DNA of 61,988 nt, the filler included, from Nemertoderma westbladi (taxonomy: Eukaryota; Animalia; Xenacoelomorpha), in the NCBI GenBank assembly GCA_032718475.1. It is 4 parts of 4 records of this genome, joined end to end, with 100 filler letters (N's around TTAATTAATTAA, not from the genome) between each part and the next. Parts side by side here need not be neighbours in the genome. Positions count along the whole stretch, not along the records: positions 27,590 to 42,722 come from JAUCBJ010000303.1; positions 42,823 to 52,502 come from JAUCBJ010004798.1; 2 more parts are not named here. One strand, written 5' to 3'. A program made the translations under genes and the position numbers. Under the pieces are notes generated by a model that was not told where the DNA came from, ran no database searches, and was given only the letters and a program-made list of their open reading frames with translations. How positions within the stretch are numbered: position 1 is the first letter of the stretch; each line of letters starts with the position of its first letter. Below, in pieces: positions 36,545-50,000 of the stretch.

Positions 36545-37750
36545 TTGATTCCAACTCAGAATTTCATCGAAATATATGAGGATGAAATTAGAGAAACTCC
36601 TGTTGTGATTCTTGTAGATGTCTATAACCAACCAGTGCCAATAGACGAGCATGAGGGATATTTACTCCGTCCGTGTGATGGTGTTAAACCTCCATCACGA
36701 TTTCGTTTTGATGACAGCCTTGGATTGGTCGAGTCCCCTGAGTATATTGTCGATAATGAAGAACCGTTTCTTCTAAAAGAGGAGACCCTTAGTAACGTAT
36801 TGGCTGATATGATATATCAATAAAAATGGAGTTCATTGAAGAAATGGGCGCTGATATGGATGGTATTTCGAGGGAAGCATACTCAGCTTTCTGGGAAGCA
36901 TTTTTTAATGGTTCAGAGGACGGGGAGGTTTACCAGGTTCCAGCTTTAAGCTCCGAGTATGGCTTGGAGGAATGGCAGAGTATAGGGCTCATATTGATCT
37001 TAGATCTCTCTTAGATTGTAAATTCTTTCCGCTACAATTAGCCCCACCCTTTTTTATATGCTTAGTGCCTCTCTTAGATTGTAAATTCTTTCCGCTACAA
37101 TTAGCCCCACCCTTTTTTATATGCTTAGTGCCTCTCTTAGATTGTAAATTCTTTCCGCTACAATTAGCCCCACCCTTTTTTATATGCTTAGTGCATGGTG
37201 AAGAGGTGCTTAATGATTCCATTCTGCTACATTCCTTCTATTCATATTTATCCATCTCAGCTTGTGAAGTTGTCCAGAGGGCTCTGACTGGTGAATTAAG
37301 CGAGTTTGATAAAGATGATCTACTCGATTTATTGGATAGGTTTTATTATCATTCAATGATACCACCTCTAGAAAAGCTCAAGCCGATTACAGTAGCTACT
37401 ACTACTAGGATCGGCATGCTGCATTGCCGCTGCATTTTTAAGAATGCTGTGCCGGCTTATCGACAAAATTGCACCGCCACAACTCCCTATCACCCATGAC
37501 ATTTCCTATATCATCCGCATCTTCAAGGCCAGTGTCCTTTAAGATGCGTCTCAAGAAAGTCATGGGCTGTCCACCATGCTTATTCACTCCATGAGGCTGC
37601 CAAACAGTAGCTGCAGCTCATTAGCAGCTCATACAAGAATGCAACTATGCATTAGAGGTTATGGCTACACAATGTCATCCTTATTTTATTACCAAATTTC
37701 CAACAGTTGAGTCTTTTGAAATTTTATATGGACAGTGTTATGCAAAGTGT
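36545..37750 (+). pseudogene. Degraded HECT-type (G2E3-like) E3 ligase fragment with a 60-bp triplication
   Basis: FIEE.GAD.DG.SRE...AFW..F....G...VP.....EEW..IG.IL...FFPL.LAP.F; AAHT near 37626; three 60-bp units ~37006-37194. Confidence 0.6.
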
Positions 37751-38313
37751 GTTATGCCTTAAAAATACAAGAAAGTTAAGCCACAGTTTGGATTTGTGAA
37801 TAGTCAAAGAGTGTTAAACCACAGATAATTTTGCAAAAAAGATTTAATCCACATAATTGTGTGGCTTGACATCTTTTTGCAAAATTTACTTGAGGAAATA
37901 AATATGTAAGGGTTTACTATATTATTTGTTTGATTTGGCTAAAGGAGGTTATTGTTACTGTAAATGTCTGATGAAGAAATGCCACTCAGCCTGAAATATA
38001 TTACATTTATTTGAGACTTTTTATAGATAGACTTTGTTTGTAAAAATTTTGTTGATCTCACAGTAATGATTTATTCAAATTTTAATTATTGAATTATGGC
38101 TAAGAATTTATGAATATATTTATTCCATTTTAGTAATTTGGCAGTCAATAATTAATAGCTTAGTTGTTAGTTTCTGTTATTTAAGTCAGTATGAGATACG
38201 AATGAGTGAAAAATTAACAAGGAAGTTTAAGGAACGTGTACTTAAAATGAAGCAGTAAATCGATTATTTTATCCGGAAGACTACTCTGACGACAATGAGA
38301 GGATGTAGAAGAT

Positions 38314-38610
38314 TTAAATATCACAATACTGAGCCTGACGATAAGTGATAATTATTTTTCGGGAAAAACCATCTACAGCCCCATGGATGGGAAACCCATA
38401 AGGCTTCAGTTTGTCGTACCCATCCACATGTAAGCAATGATTCAGACCGTTTGAATAATAAAGACTCCATCGTCTATGTGATTTTCTGAGTCTGTAGAGG
38501 ACTCCTTTGGGGTCTAAGCAATTAAGTACAACTCGCATGGTTTCTTTGGGAATGTTAATACAATGACAACTCTACAATCTTTGTTGCATTGTCTATATCC
38601 ACATTGCATT
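38314..38610 (-). pseudogene. IS3EU-like DDE transposase/integrase core fragment
   Basis: LDP.GV..R....RR..Y.S.G.NH..HVDGYDKLKPYGF.IHG.VDGFSRKI. Confidence 0.75.
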
Positions 38611-40059
38611 AGTGAGGTAGGTATTTCTCTTTATCCTGCTGCTAAACTTTGTATAACACAATAGCTACCATTAAAATGAATAGGCAACATAATTCTGTAG
38701 TAATTATTACTGTTGTACATAATTCATCCATATCGTAATAATGTCATATTGGGTCTGCTTAAACAGAGCCATACAATTAATTGAGGTTTACCGAAATACT
38801 CTTCCCTAGCCAATAGCCAAGCACTGGCGGTATAGCTCCAAAATTCCAGATGTATGGTTTCTTTGAAAAAGGCCCAATTTATTTAAGTTATAGTAAAATA
38901 CTGATTAATAATTTTGATTTTCGCAGGAGTGACAGTATCCTCCTCCACAGTTAATATAGTGTACGTACGTACTGTACTTGTGTTAATTATAACTTTGCAC
39001 TTATTTCTATTTATTTTCGTTTATATGACAAGTTTTATATGGTTATATAATTATATGGTATTGTATGGTTTTTATGGCATTCATGCATGCCAGTTAATTA
39101 ATTGATATAATTAACGAATTAATTATGTAAATAAAAATTGTTATGATTAAATTAAATGAAACAAATCTTAGCTTCGGTTTCTAATTTACAAAGGCTCACC
39201 CTCACAATCACTTAAAATTGAGAGTTAAAGTGGTTGACTAAGGCATTGGTAAATTCCAACAAATTCCGATGGCGTCAAACAACTTCAGACAACTTCAAAC
39301 AGTTTCAGACAACTTCAAATAGTTTCAGATTGCTTCCAAAAACATCCAACATAAATTTCAAACACTTTCAGACGGATTTCAGACAGATTCAGATTGTCTC
39401 CAACAGACTAATCTTGTTGGAAATATTTTCTCCAACAGAATCAAACAGTACTAAATCTCCGTAGGTTAGCATTGTGCTTGTTTGAAGCTGTTAGTGCCTT
39501 GGATCTGATGGCACTCTGTTGGTGAGTGGAAATATAGCATAATTATTGTAATCATGATATTAGCATACTATAAAAATGGCAAAATAACACAATACTTTGA
39601 ATGCTAAAGATAAGAAACTTTAAATGTTAAAGGTAAATATTATGGGTGGGGGGGGGGGGGGGGGTATATCATTGATTGCCATATGTTTCATAGGCTATTG
39701 TGTATTCAATAACAAAACTTATAAATAAATAATGAACACCACTAAACCTACGCCAAAATACCAAGTACCAATCTAAGTCCGTGATTGCTTGGTACAAATT
39801 TATTTAAACAATGTCGCCAGCGAGAATTCCAGTGGGACTGATTATATAGACGAAAATTTATCAAATTATTCGTTCACTGGTCAGAAAGTTTGTATTCACT
39901 GTAATCTAACTTTCGAAAAGAATAAAAAAAAATGTACTGCCTGCTCAAAGACACTGACTACAGTTACCCAGCAGTTTTCATATGGTGATTTATTCTATAT
40001 GCATTACTTGGCTGATAGAATGAGGGACGAGTCTGTTTGAGTGTAATATATCGAATGTT

Positions 40060-40271
40060 GTTCAGGTGTATCCTCACGTGTCTGCTGGTTGTGGCTGTTT
40101 CCTATGTTCCCAATGGAAGGTCCCAGCTGCAAGCACGCAAGTGTCGGCGGAGGGGCGCAAGCTCAACTGTCTCGGTCGGCCATGGATAGCTGACTCAGAA
40201 CTGGTATGGACCGAGGGAATCCGACTGTTTAATTAAAACATAGCATTGTGATGGATGAAGTACGTTTGTTT

Positions 40272-40307
<36 letters not shown>

Positions 40308-40325
40308 CATTGAAGAAATTTATTG

Positions 40326-40360
<35 letters not shown>
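40060..40360 (+). rRNA. 28S rRNA gene fragment (dispersed, non-functional)
   Basis: Universal LSU core tcagaactgg..gggaatccgactgtttaattaaaaca.agcat..gtgatttctgcccagtgctctgaatgtc..aagcgcgggtaaacggcgggagtaactatgactct; left boundary (expansion segment) approximate. Confidence 0.92.
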
Positions 40361-41656
40361 GATGGCTAAAGCTGTTATTGAAAAGCGTAAATAATTTGTT
40401 TTGCCATGATCCGGTGTTCCAAATATTGAAACTTTTTGGCTGTAGCTAGGTGCGCAAAGGGTCCGGATATTCTCCTGGGATATCCACCCTCAGGCTGTTA
40501 TTAACATTAGGGAGCCTTCGAGCCGCCTTTGGTCTAATTTGCCGTGCCTGGGCACGAGCGTTGGATGCCACTTTCTTCCACGCTAACTTGTCAGTCGTTG
40601 CCTGGTCAGTCGTTGCCTGCGCAGCCGCTGTAACTCATGCTAATTCGTTGGCTGCTGCCTGTGCAGCCGCCTTTTGCGCTAAGTCCTCCTCCAGTCTCCA
40701 CATCTCTGATGCTTCAAATTCAGCTTGGGCCTGGAGTTGAGCAATATTCGCTTCAACTTCTCTATGTTGCCTCTCTCCCTCGACAGTAATCTGTGCCATC
40801 TGCCATTGCGCTTCTTCTTCGGCGACTTGTTGTCGGCGTGTGACCTCCTGTTGTTGTCGAGTATTTATGGACGCTGTCCTACTAACATCGCCAATGTCGC
40901 TCCGTACACTAATGAACGATCTATCCAGTGGTGGAATTTGGTAGGCTCGTGAGTCTTCGGTAGGTAGAACTTCCGTCGTCACTCTCGGCACAACTTCCGG
41001 TTCTTCGATTGGTACACCACATCTACGGAGAAAATTGATGAGACCCTCTAACCTCCCATCCAGGCAATATAGTTCTTCCTCTTCGGGTTGCAACAACGCA
41101 TTGGAACAGACTCACCCATCAGTTGATCGAGTTGCTCTCTCTGAGTCGATCCTAAAACCGACTTAAACTGAATGAGACTTTCCCTCGCACTTACCAGTTT
41201 ATCTATTATCTTTACCTGAGTAAAGTTATCAATACGCAACTCCGCGAGTTCGTGTAAACCTTTGAGTTTATCTACAGAGGCATGTACCCTACTTTCTACG
41301 TATCTAGACAATGGGGCGGTTAACTTGCGCACGATGCAAAAACCTTCTCCGATATTTCGAGTTATCTGAGCCATGTGTCCTCCTATACTCCTAATAATGT
41401 TCTCCTGGCTCCCAGTCGAACTTACCATGTCCGGTTCACGTGATCTGGTTTGCGGGATGGTAAGGAAGTCTTCGGTTCTACTGTTGCCACGCGCTACAGC
41501 TTCCGGTATTTCCGTTGGCGGTAACGGCGACGCACGCGGTGTGACATCAGTAGAATCACGAGTCCTCCTTCTTTGGTGGTCTACTGTCGATCTGGCTGCG
41601 TCACACAAGTCATAGTCAGTAGGTGGGTATCTAGTCGAGTGTGGTGTATCACTCAT
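40361..41656 (-). pseudogene. Gag N-terminal fragment of a third, probably BEL/Pao, element
   Basis: Frameshifted ORFs 41048-41656 and 40635-41096 with helical/coiled-coil character like the other two gags; no diagnostic domain. Confidence 0.5.
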
Positions 41657-42722
41657 ATCTGTATTATATACGTCAAATACGGGTAATAAATGTCAAAATA
41701 TCAGAATGTCGAAATGTCAAAAACTTACCTCGGTATATATATATACTATATATACAAATAATTACAAATAAAGTACAAATAAAATCAAAGGTATATAATA
41801 AAATAATAATAATTCAGCCTACCGGCTAAATCTGTACGAATATGTGAGATATCAGTATACGCTACCAAAATATAGATCAACAGGTACAAAATAATAGGCA
41901 AAACAGCAACATCAAGGGGAAAATATGTACCAACAAACACATAAATTAGACCGTGGAACCCACAAATTAACCCACAAAGTAATACTGTGCTCTAAGTTTA
42001 AACGACACGAGTCATAAAACTTATGTTCCTTTGATCTTCCTGTCATACAGATCCCCAGATACAAACCGGACGAGAACTGTTCCGTTTCCAACATCACGGA
42101 CGAATCATTTACCTCCCAAACTTGCTAAAAATGGCCTAATCCTTCGAGGCGGTCCAGAAATGAGTCCTTGAGTCCTGAAAAATCGAAGGTGAGAGTTTTA
42201 CAGACTACTCTACGAAAAAATTTTCCTAGGTACCAATACAAATTGGTCTTTAAACCTTGCGTACCTTTTCAAGTACCGAAAAAAGGTAACACCACACACA
42301 CGGCCTAAGACAAAATAATTACAAACTAACTAGCTATTTACAGCTCGCCAAATACAAAACTAGCTACCCTAATTTTATAGATAAAGACTATTCTACAACT
42401 TACCAATTCTACTAATGTTAAATTATAAAATATCTCCTACTGTAAAGTGCGCACGCACTTTACAGGGCATACAGATCTAAGCGATACTAAACTAATTTAT
42501 ATAGTATCTCCTACTGTAAAGTCCAGTAGTATACCGCCTACCGGATCCTAGTAACGAAGTACCTTACTCTAGAATCCAGCAGTGTATACACAGCAGCATC
42601 CAGTAGCAGCAGTGTCCAGCAGCATAAAATTTCAGATTCCCAACTGCGTTTGTTTCAGAATTATAATAAAAAAACCACGGGGGGTCATATTGACCCCCCC
42701 CCCCCCCCCGGGTTGAATAAGG

Positions 42723-42822
42723 NNNNNNNNNNNNNNNNNNNNNNNNNNNNNNNNNNNNNNNNNNNNTTAATTAATTAANNNNNNNNNNNNNNNNNNNNNN
42801 NNNNNNNNNNNNNNNNNNNNNN
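42723..42822. other. Artificial contig spacer
   Basis: 44 N + TTAATTAATTAA + 44 N. Confidence 0.97.
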
Positions 42823-44581
42823 ATAAAATGGAATGGCAAACTTGGAGATAAAGCTGATGATATCGACAAACCCACCGACGATGAATTTAAGGACCTTTTT
42901 GAGAGTCTTCTGTATAAGCAAGGGGATACCGTAGTCGATATTGACACCTCCCAGGCTCCAGTTATACCACTCCTGGATGACCCGATACAACCACAGGAAG
43001 TGGACGAGGCGATAAACTCAATAAAAGCGAACAAGGCAGCGCTAGGAATTTCATCACCTCTTTGGAAGGATCTAACAGTGAATATTGTGGTATTTATTAC
43101 ATTTATATTGAATGCGATATTCATATTCGGATGCTTGCGGCAGTTTGGGCATATAGCTTATTTAGTATTTTGTATAAAACAGGTGATCGTTTTTAGGAAT
43201 CACGATTAGGGACTCTCTAGCAAAGATTTATGACTACGTTTTAGCGAACAGACTAGTGAGATGGTACAAACAGCCAAGAGCTCAAGCGGGCGGTCAAAAT
43301 GGGAGATCATGTTATGAACAGATACTCGCTCTACGCTTGGTTGTCGATCATGCTTACACCAAGAACAAGAAACTATTCATCATCTTCATTGACTTCAGTA
43401 AAGCCTATGATAGAGTCTCTAGGTCCACTCTTATATCCAAGTTACTTTTTCTCGGTTGTGGATTTAATATGATTAACGCAATAAAGGCAATATATAGGAC
43501 GACGTTTTTAGTCCTTAGATCAATTGATATTGGTGTCGACAGCGGTTTGCGTCAAGGAGCGCCATCAAGTTTATTTCTATTCAGTCTTTACATTGATGTC
43601 CTAGTCGCCATGTTTGATTCACTAACAGTACCTAGGAGCCTTGCATCCCTCCTGTTCATGGACGATACTGCTATTTTAGCTGAGAACCGAGAGAGTTTTA
43701 TAGAAAAGCTAAATATTTTAGATAAATTCTGTAGGTCACATAATATGGTAATCAATGAAAAGAAGAGTAAGTTCATGGTCATAAATGGATTTATAGCTGA
43801 TAAGCAACCGTTGTTATGCGGAAGTGTACAAATAATAAATACAGATAAATACGTTTACCCGGGTGGTTTCTTCACACAGGATGGTAGAATAGAATCAGTG
43901 ATAAATATACACGCAGGTGGAAGTAAAAAACATGTAGCCAAGTTTGCAGCATTTTGTGCCAGCAATCCAAATATGCCTTTCTGTCTAAAGAAAAAGGTGC
44001 TTGACTGTGCTGTAACGGCAGCGACACTGTATTCCAGTGATACCTGGTTAGCAATACGGGGGGGAAAGGAAATTGAAAAGATATATAGTAAACTGATAAA
44101 AATACTTTTGGGCGTTAAAACAACAACACCGAATGTGCTGTGCTATACAGAGATTGGTATGGCCGAGGTAGGATCCGTCATCGACAATAATATTAGAAAC
44201 TCTATCCGAAGACTCAAGAAATCGTGGCACCGAGAAGATCCTGCACACATCGCGTATCATCTGGCAAAAACAGAGAACACCCGCGCTTTTAAATATCTAA
44301 ATAAGTTAGAACTGACGGAAGGATATAATAGCTAGAAATATTAATGGTTTGAAGAGTAGAATTAAAGATACTGCACATATCCAATCCACACTAAATTGAC
44401 AACTTACCTGGAAATAAACCCTAATCTAACTATCCACAAGGTATATAATCAGCAGATACCGTACATACACGAGCAGAACAGGATCGATTTTACAAGATTT
44501 CGTTTAAGCGCGCATCGCTTAAGGGTAGAGACAGGAGGGTGGTCACGTGTACCTAGAGAAGAACGAGTCTGCAAATGTGAT
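42823..44581 (+). mobile_element. LINE ORF2 fragment, copy 1 (RTEX-like), frameshifted
   Basis: FIDFSKAYDRV, GLRQG.PSS.LF, LLFMDD, C-terminal RFRLSAHRL.VETG. Confidence 0.85.
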
Positions 44582-45665
44582 CAGTTAACTCTTCTAAGAT
44601 GAAGGCTGGTGTTACCTTAACCAATCATTGTAGTGAAAATAACCGATGGGAAAACTTGTTGCTAACGAAGGATTCGAAATCTGTTTGGCGCGCCATAAAA
44701 TGGAATGGCAAACTTGGAGATAAAGCTGATGATATCGACAAACCCACCGACGATGAATTTAAGGACCTTTTTGAGAGTCTTCTGTATAAGCAAGGGGACA
44801 CCGTAGTCGATATTGACACCTCCCAGGCTCCAGTTATACCACTCCTGGATGACCCGATACAACCACAGGAAGTGGACGAGGCGATAAACTCAATAAAAGC
44901 GAACAAGGCAGCGCTAGGAATTTCATCACCTCTTTGGAAGGATCTACCAGTGAATATTATGGTATTTATTACATTTATATTGAATGCGATATTCATATTC
45001 GGATGCTTAGCGGCAGTTTGGGCATATAGCTTATTTAGTATTTTGTATAAAACAGGTGATCGTTTTTAGGAATCACGATTAGGGACTCTCTAGCAAAGAT
45101 TTATGACTACGTTTTAGCGAACAGACTAGTGAGATGGTACAAACACGTTCGTGGGGACTTCGCGCAGCACGTAGTCGGCAAGCCTTGGCATACGGTTCAT
45201 ATAGAGCAAATGGGGCATGTCTAGTTTGGACCCCATATCCCATGCTATAAATGTATTCATTCGATATACAATCATATGTTAATCCGCTAGGTGGTGTCAA
45301 ATTGTTATTCTGCAATTTCGTACTTACCAGTGCACCACTGTACAGCAGTACCGTACCGGTAGGCCTATGTCATTACTTCTGAGTCTCTAGCGGATCCCCA
45401 ATTAAATGTCTTAACTTTTCAATTTCGTAAAAGATAGACTTCATGATTCTCTACAGGCCATCAAAATTTCAGCTCAGGAAAATGAGGCCTTCCCGAGAAA
45501 TTTAACATTTTCTAAAAACCACATAATCTGTCGTAGCTGACGTCAGACTGCATGATTTTTCACCAAACTTTACAAACTTTCTAAACTTTCTCTCTACTAC
45601 TTACCTACTAAGTTTGGTTCAATTCCGAACGAGCGATGCCGAGAAATTCGCGTTCAAACATTTAC

Positions 45666-45698
<33 letters not shown>

Positions 45699-46560
45699 AG
45701 ACGGACAGACAGACGGACATGCCCCATTTGCCCTATATGAACCGTATGCAAAGGCTCGCCGACTACGTGTCTCGCCCCACAGCCAAGAGCTCAAGCGGGC
45801 GGTCAAAAGGGGAGATCATGTTATGAACAGATACTCGCTCTACGCTTGGTTGTCGATCATGCTTACACCAAGAACAAGAAACTATTCATCATCTTCATTG
45901 ACTTCAGTAAAGCCTATGATAGAGTCTCTAGGTCCACTCTTATATCCAAGTTACTGACGGAAGGATATAATAGCTAGAAATATTAATGGTTTGAAGAGTA
46001 GAATTAAAGATACTGCACATATCCAATCCACACTAAATTGGCAACTTACCTGGAAATAAACGCTAATCTAACTATCCACAAGGTATATAATCAGCAGAAA
46101 CCGTACATACACGAGCAGAACAGGATCGATTTTACCAGATTTCGTTTAAGCGCGCATCGCTTAAGGGTAGAGACAGGAAGGTGGACACGTTTACCTAGAG
46201 AAGAACGAGTCTGCAAATGTGATGGATCGTCGGTACAGAACGAATTACACGTGTTATCGGGTTGTACACTGACGAAAGATTTATTGGGGGGAAAATCCTT
46301 CTCCACGGTAGCAGAATTTATGTTAATAAACAACTGGGAAAGAATCATCAAAATAATTTCTGAAATTTTCAAAGAACTGCAAGGGCACTAACTCGAGAAA
46401 ATAACTGGGACATTTTCCAGTTACTAATTTGAAGGGACTAATTTTAGATCTAAAGTTATTTAGTTTCACTAAGTTTATATTTCATAATATGTAATTTCAA
46501 ACATTTAATGATAATAATGTCTTTTGTCGGATATTAGTCAATAAACATATGTATATATAT
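44582..46560 (+). mobile_element. LINE copy 2 (same family): RT core deleted, Helentron-type insertion, intact 3' end
   Basis: Near-identical to 42823-43446 and 44311-44581; CCHC tail REERVCKC..NELHVL..C; AATAAA followed by (TA)n at ~46540. Confidence 0.85.
45143..45778. mobile_element. Non-autonomous Helentron/DINE-1-like element
   Basis: Inserted between A|A with no TSD relative to copy 1 (ggtacaa|acagcc); 54-bp subterminal inverted repeats (45168-45221 / 45716-45769, 3 mismatches); (GACA/GACG)n microsatellite; same left end recurs at 52154-52183. Confidence 0.75.
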
Positions 46561-47089
46561 ATAATTTTTGTGGCGTTTCAACCACGTGTTCACTGAAAAA
46601 TGCGGTTTTGAAACTTAAAGTCCAATTTCACCGATTTCAACTCGTCGAGTATGCACCATCTTTTTTATTTGAGATATGCAGTAGTCATCTGGGCAACATA
46701 TATTAGCCTCAGAATCTTTTCTAATTTCGCCAAATAACGTCGTCAATAACAGAACATCGCCAAATTTTGTTAGTCCGACAAAAAAAAACGCCCAAATTCG
46801 TCTAAAAGAGTAAATTATTTAGTTGCGGAATAATATGATTCAACTAGAAAAGCCAGCAAGCTGGCTATAAGGAGACCGTCCATATAGACAAACGTAGTGT
46901 TAGATGGGTCCCTCATCATTCATTATCATCAACCTATAAATCAATTGAACGGTCCAGTGCTTACAATTCAATCAGCTGGCCTCCCACATAACATAGCAGT
47001 GAGTAACCTTATAGATATTCCCATAGGATTCACTGGGAAGAGCTATTCAGCTGGCGAGGTAATACAAACTAACAGTTTATGTTTGAGAA

Positions 47090-50000
47090 TATGGAACGAA
47101 ATGACTTTATATTAACAGTTCTCTATAGCCAATGGAACGAATATAGCCAATGGAACGAAATGACTTTATATGAACAGTTCTTTCTAGCCAATGGAACGAA
47201 AGGACGTTATATGAACAGTTCTCTATAGCCAATGGAACGAAAGTACTTTATTGTTCTCTATAGCCAATGGAACGAAAGGACCTCATATGAACAGTTTGTA
47301 AAAGCTTTTGCGGAATTGCCCGGTTATTTTTCCTTATTTTTCCCGTAAAATACTCTGTAGTTGGTTTAGTAGGCGTAAGAGGCCGTATTATTGCTGTATC
47401 GGTGTTTTTTAGAGGACCTAAGAGCTATTTCTTCCGTATGTGTACTTTGGGGGACATGGTTGGTGATTCTATGGCAATTCTATGACGCAAAATAGCTAGA
47501 TCCTCTTGAAACAGTAGTTACTATGACGACGGTTAACAGCTGAGCTGTATACCTGTCGATTTTCTTTGTTCTACGGTGCCTCTCAGTTCAGTCAACCAAT
47601 CAGAGCGTTTTTACTGTTCTTGTACAGAAATTTCCTAGAAATCACGCAATGCTTTATGGGCAGTGTTATCATTCAGTCCTGAGCCAAGAAAGAACGGCTT
47701 TTGGAATATTTGTGCTTTTCTGCTTTTAGCCTAACACTAGTAGGCTTAATTATAAGGACATATATCCGTTATCTGACATCACACTGGGTAACTCAATGGT
47801 TAACAACTTACTCAATGCTTGGCTGGTCTTGTCGTGCATACTTTTATAACGTTATACTGCTATTTACTGTCGGTTATTCATTATATGGTTGATGAAATAT
47901 TATATTTGGAATAATGAGAAATGACCCCGAAAACCCAATATTCTTGATATACCGAAGGTAAGAGAGACAGGTTACATATAACGATTGTGACTTATGTTAA
48001 AGTGGTTTGAAGTGAATCTAATGTTATCTGATAGACCCTACATGAGTCGGTCTGTGTTCCTTTTATATGTGACTAAAATCAGTGAAGATCGGCAGATCAG
48101 TGTGCAGTATTGTGCAGCATTGTGTATGAGTGAGACTGATAACGAAGCATTTCCTAAAGAATGCGCCATATATGTGAATTGTAACTAAGCCATATCGTTG
48201 CATGTAGTTTAAGTCATAGCTCTGTTTATATAGATAGAGCGCCACGTCCAAAAGGAACTGTTAATATTCCCCGAAGGTGAATAATATTGTCAGAGATTAT
48301 ATAATACTGTCAGTCGAATAATACATTAGGCTTACATAGCAATAAGATTAAGCCGTCGAAGTCAATCTCCCGGGTATATCCAGCGGGTGAATGATCGCGC
48401 ACAGATTGGTTTCAACTAGTGTAGTGAATCAAATACTTGTCAGAGGCTAAAAGCGATTTATTATCTAGAAGACATCCTAATTTGGCGGGTTAAACTGCCA
48501 AAGGTCTGAAAGCGCGAACACAGTTCTCTATAGCCAATGGAACGAAAGGACTTTATATGAACAGTTCTCTATAGCCAATGGAACGAAAGGACTTTATATA
48601 TTAACAGTTGTCTATATAGCCAATGGAACGAAAGGACTTTATATGAACAGTTCTCTATAGCCAATGGAACGAAAGTACTTTATATATTATCAGTTCTCTA
48701 TATAGCCAATGGAACGAAAGTACTTTATATGAACAGTTCTCTATAGCCAATGGAACGAAAGGACTTTATATGAACAGTTGTCTATAGCCAATGGAACGAA
48801 AGTACTTTATATATTAACAGTTCTCTATATAGCCAATGGAACGAAAGGACTTTATATGAACAGTTCTCTATAACCAATGGAACGAAAGTACTTTATATGA
48901 ACAGTTCTCTATAGCCAATGGAACGAAAGGACTTTATATATTAACAGTTCTCTATATAGCCAATGGAACGAAAGGACTTTATATGAACAGTTCTCTATAA
49001 CCAATGGAACGAAAGTACTTTATATATTAACAGTTCTCTATATAGCCAATGGAACGAAAGGACTTTATATGAACAGTTCTATATAACCAATGGAACGAAA
49101 GTACTTTATATGAACAGTTCTCTATAGCCAATGGAACGAAAGGACTTTATATGAACAGTTCTCTATAACCAATGGAACGAAAGGACTTTATATATTAACA
49201 GTTGTCTATATAGCCAATGGAACGAAAGGACTTTATATGAACAGTTCTCTATAGCCAATGGAACGAAAGGACTTTATATATTAACAGTTGTCTATATAGC
49301 CAATGGAACGAAAGGACTTTATATGAACAGTTCTCTATAGCCAATGGAACGAAAGTACTTTATATATTAACAGTTCTCTATATAGCCAATGGAACGAAAG
49401 GACTTTATATGAACAGTTCTCTATAACCAATGGAACGAAAGTACTTTATATGAACAGTTCTCTATAACCAATGGAACGAAAGTACTTTATATATTAACAG
49501 TTCTCTATATAGCCAATGGAACGAAAGGACTTTATATGAACAGTTCTCTATAGCCAATGGAACGAAAGGACTTTATATATTAACAGTTCTCTATATAGCC
49601 AATGGAACGAAAGGACCTCATATGAACAGTTCTCTATAGCCAATGGAACGAAAGGACTTTATATGAACAGTTCTCTATAGCCAATGGAACGAAAGGACTT
49701 TATATATTAACAGTTCTCTATATAGCCAATGGAACGAAAGGACTTTATATGAACAGTTCTCTATAGCCAATGGAACGAAAGTACTTTATATGAACAGTTC
49801 TCTATATAGCCAATGGAACGAAAGGACTTTATATGAACAGTTCTCTATAGCCAATGGAACGAAAGGACTTTATATATTAACAGTTCTCTATATAGCCAAT
49901 GGAACGAAAGGACTTTATATGAACAGTTCTCTATAACCAATGGAACGAAAGTACTTTATATGAACAGTTCTCTATAGCCAATGGAACGAAAGGACTTTAT

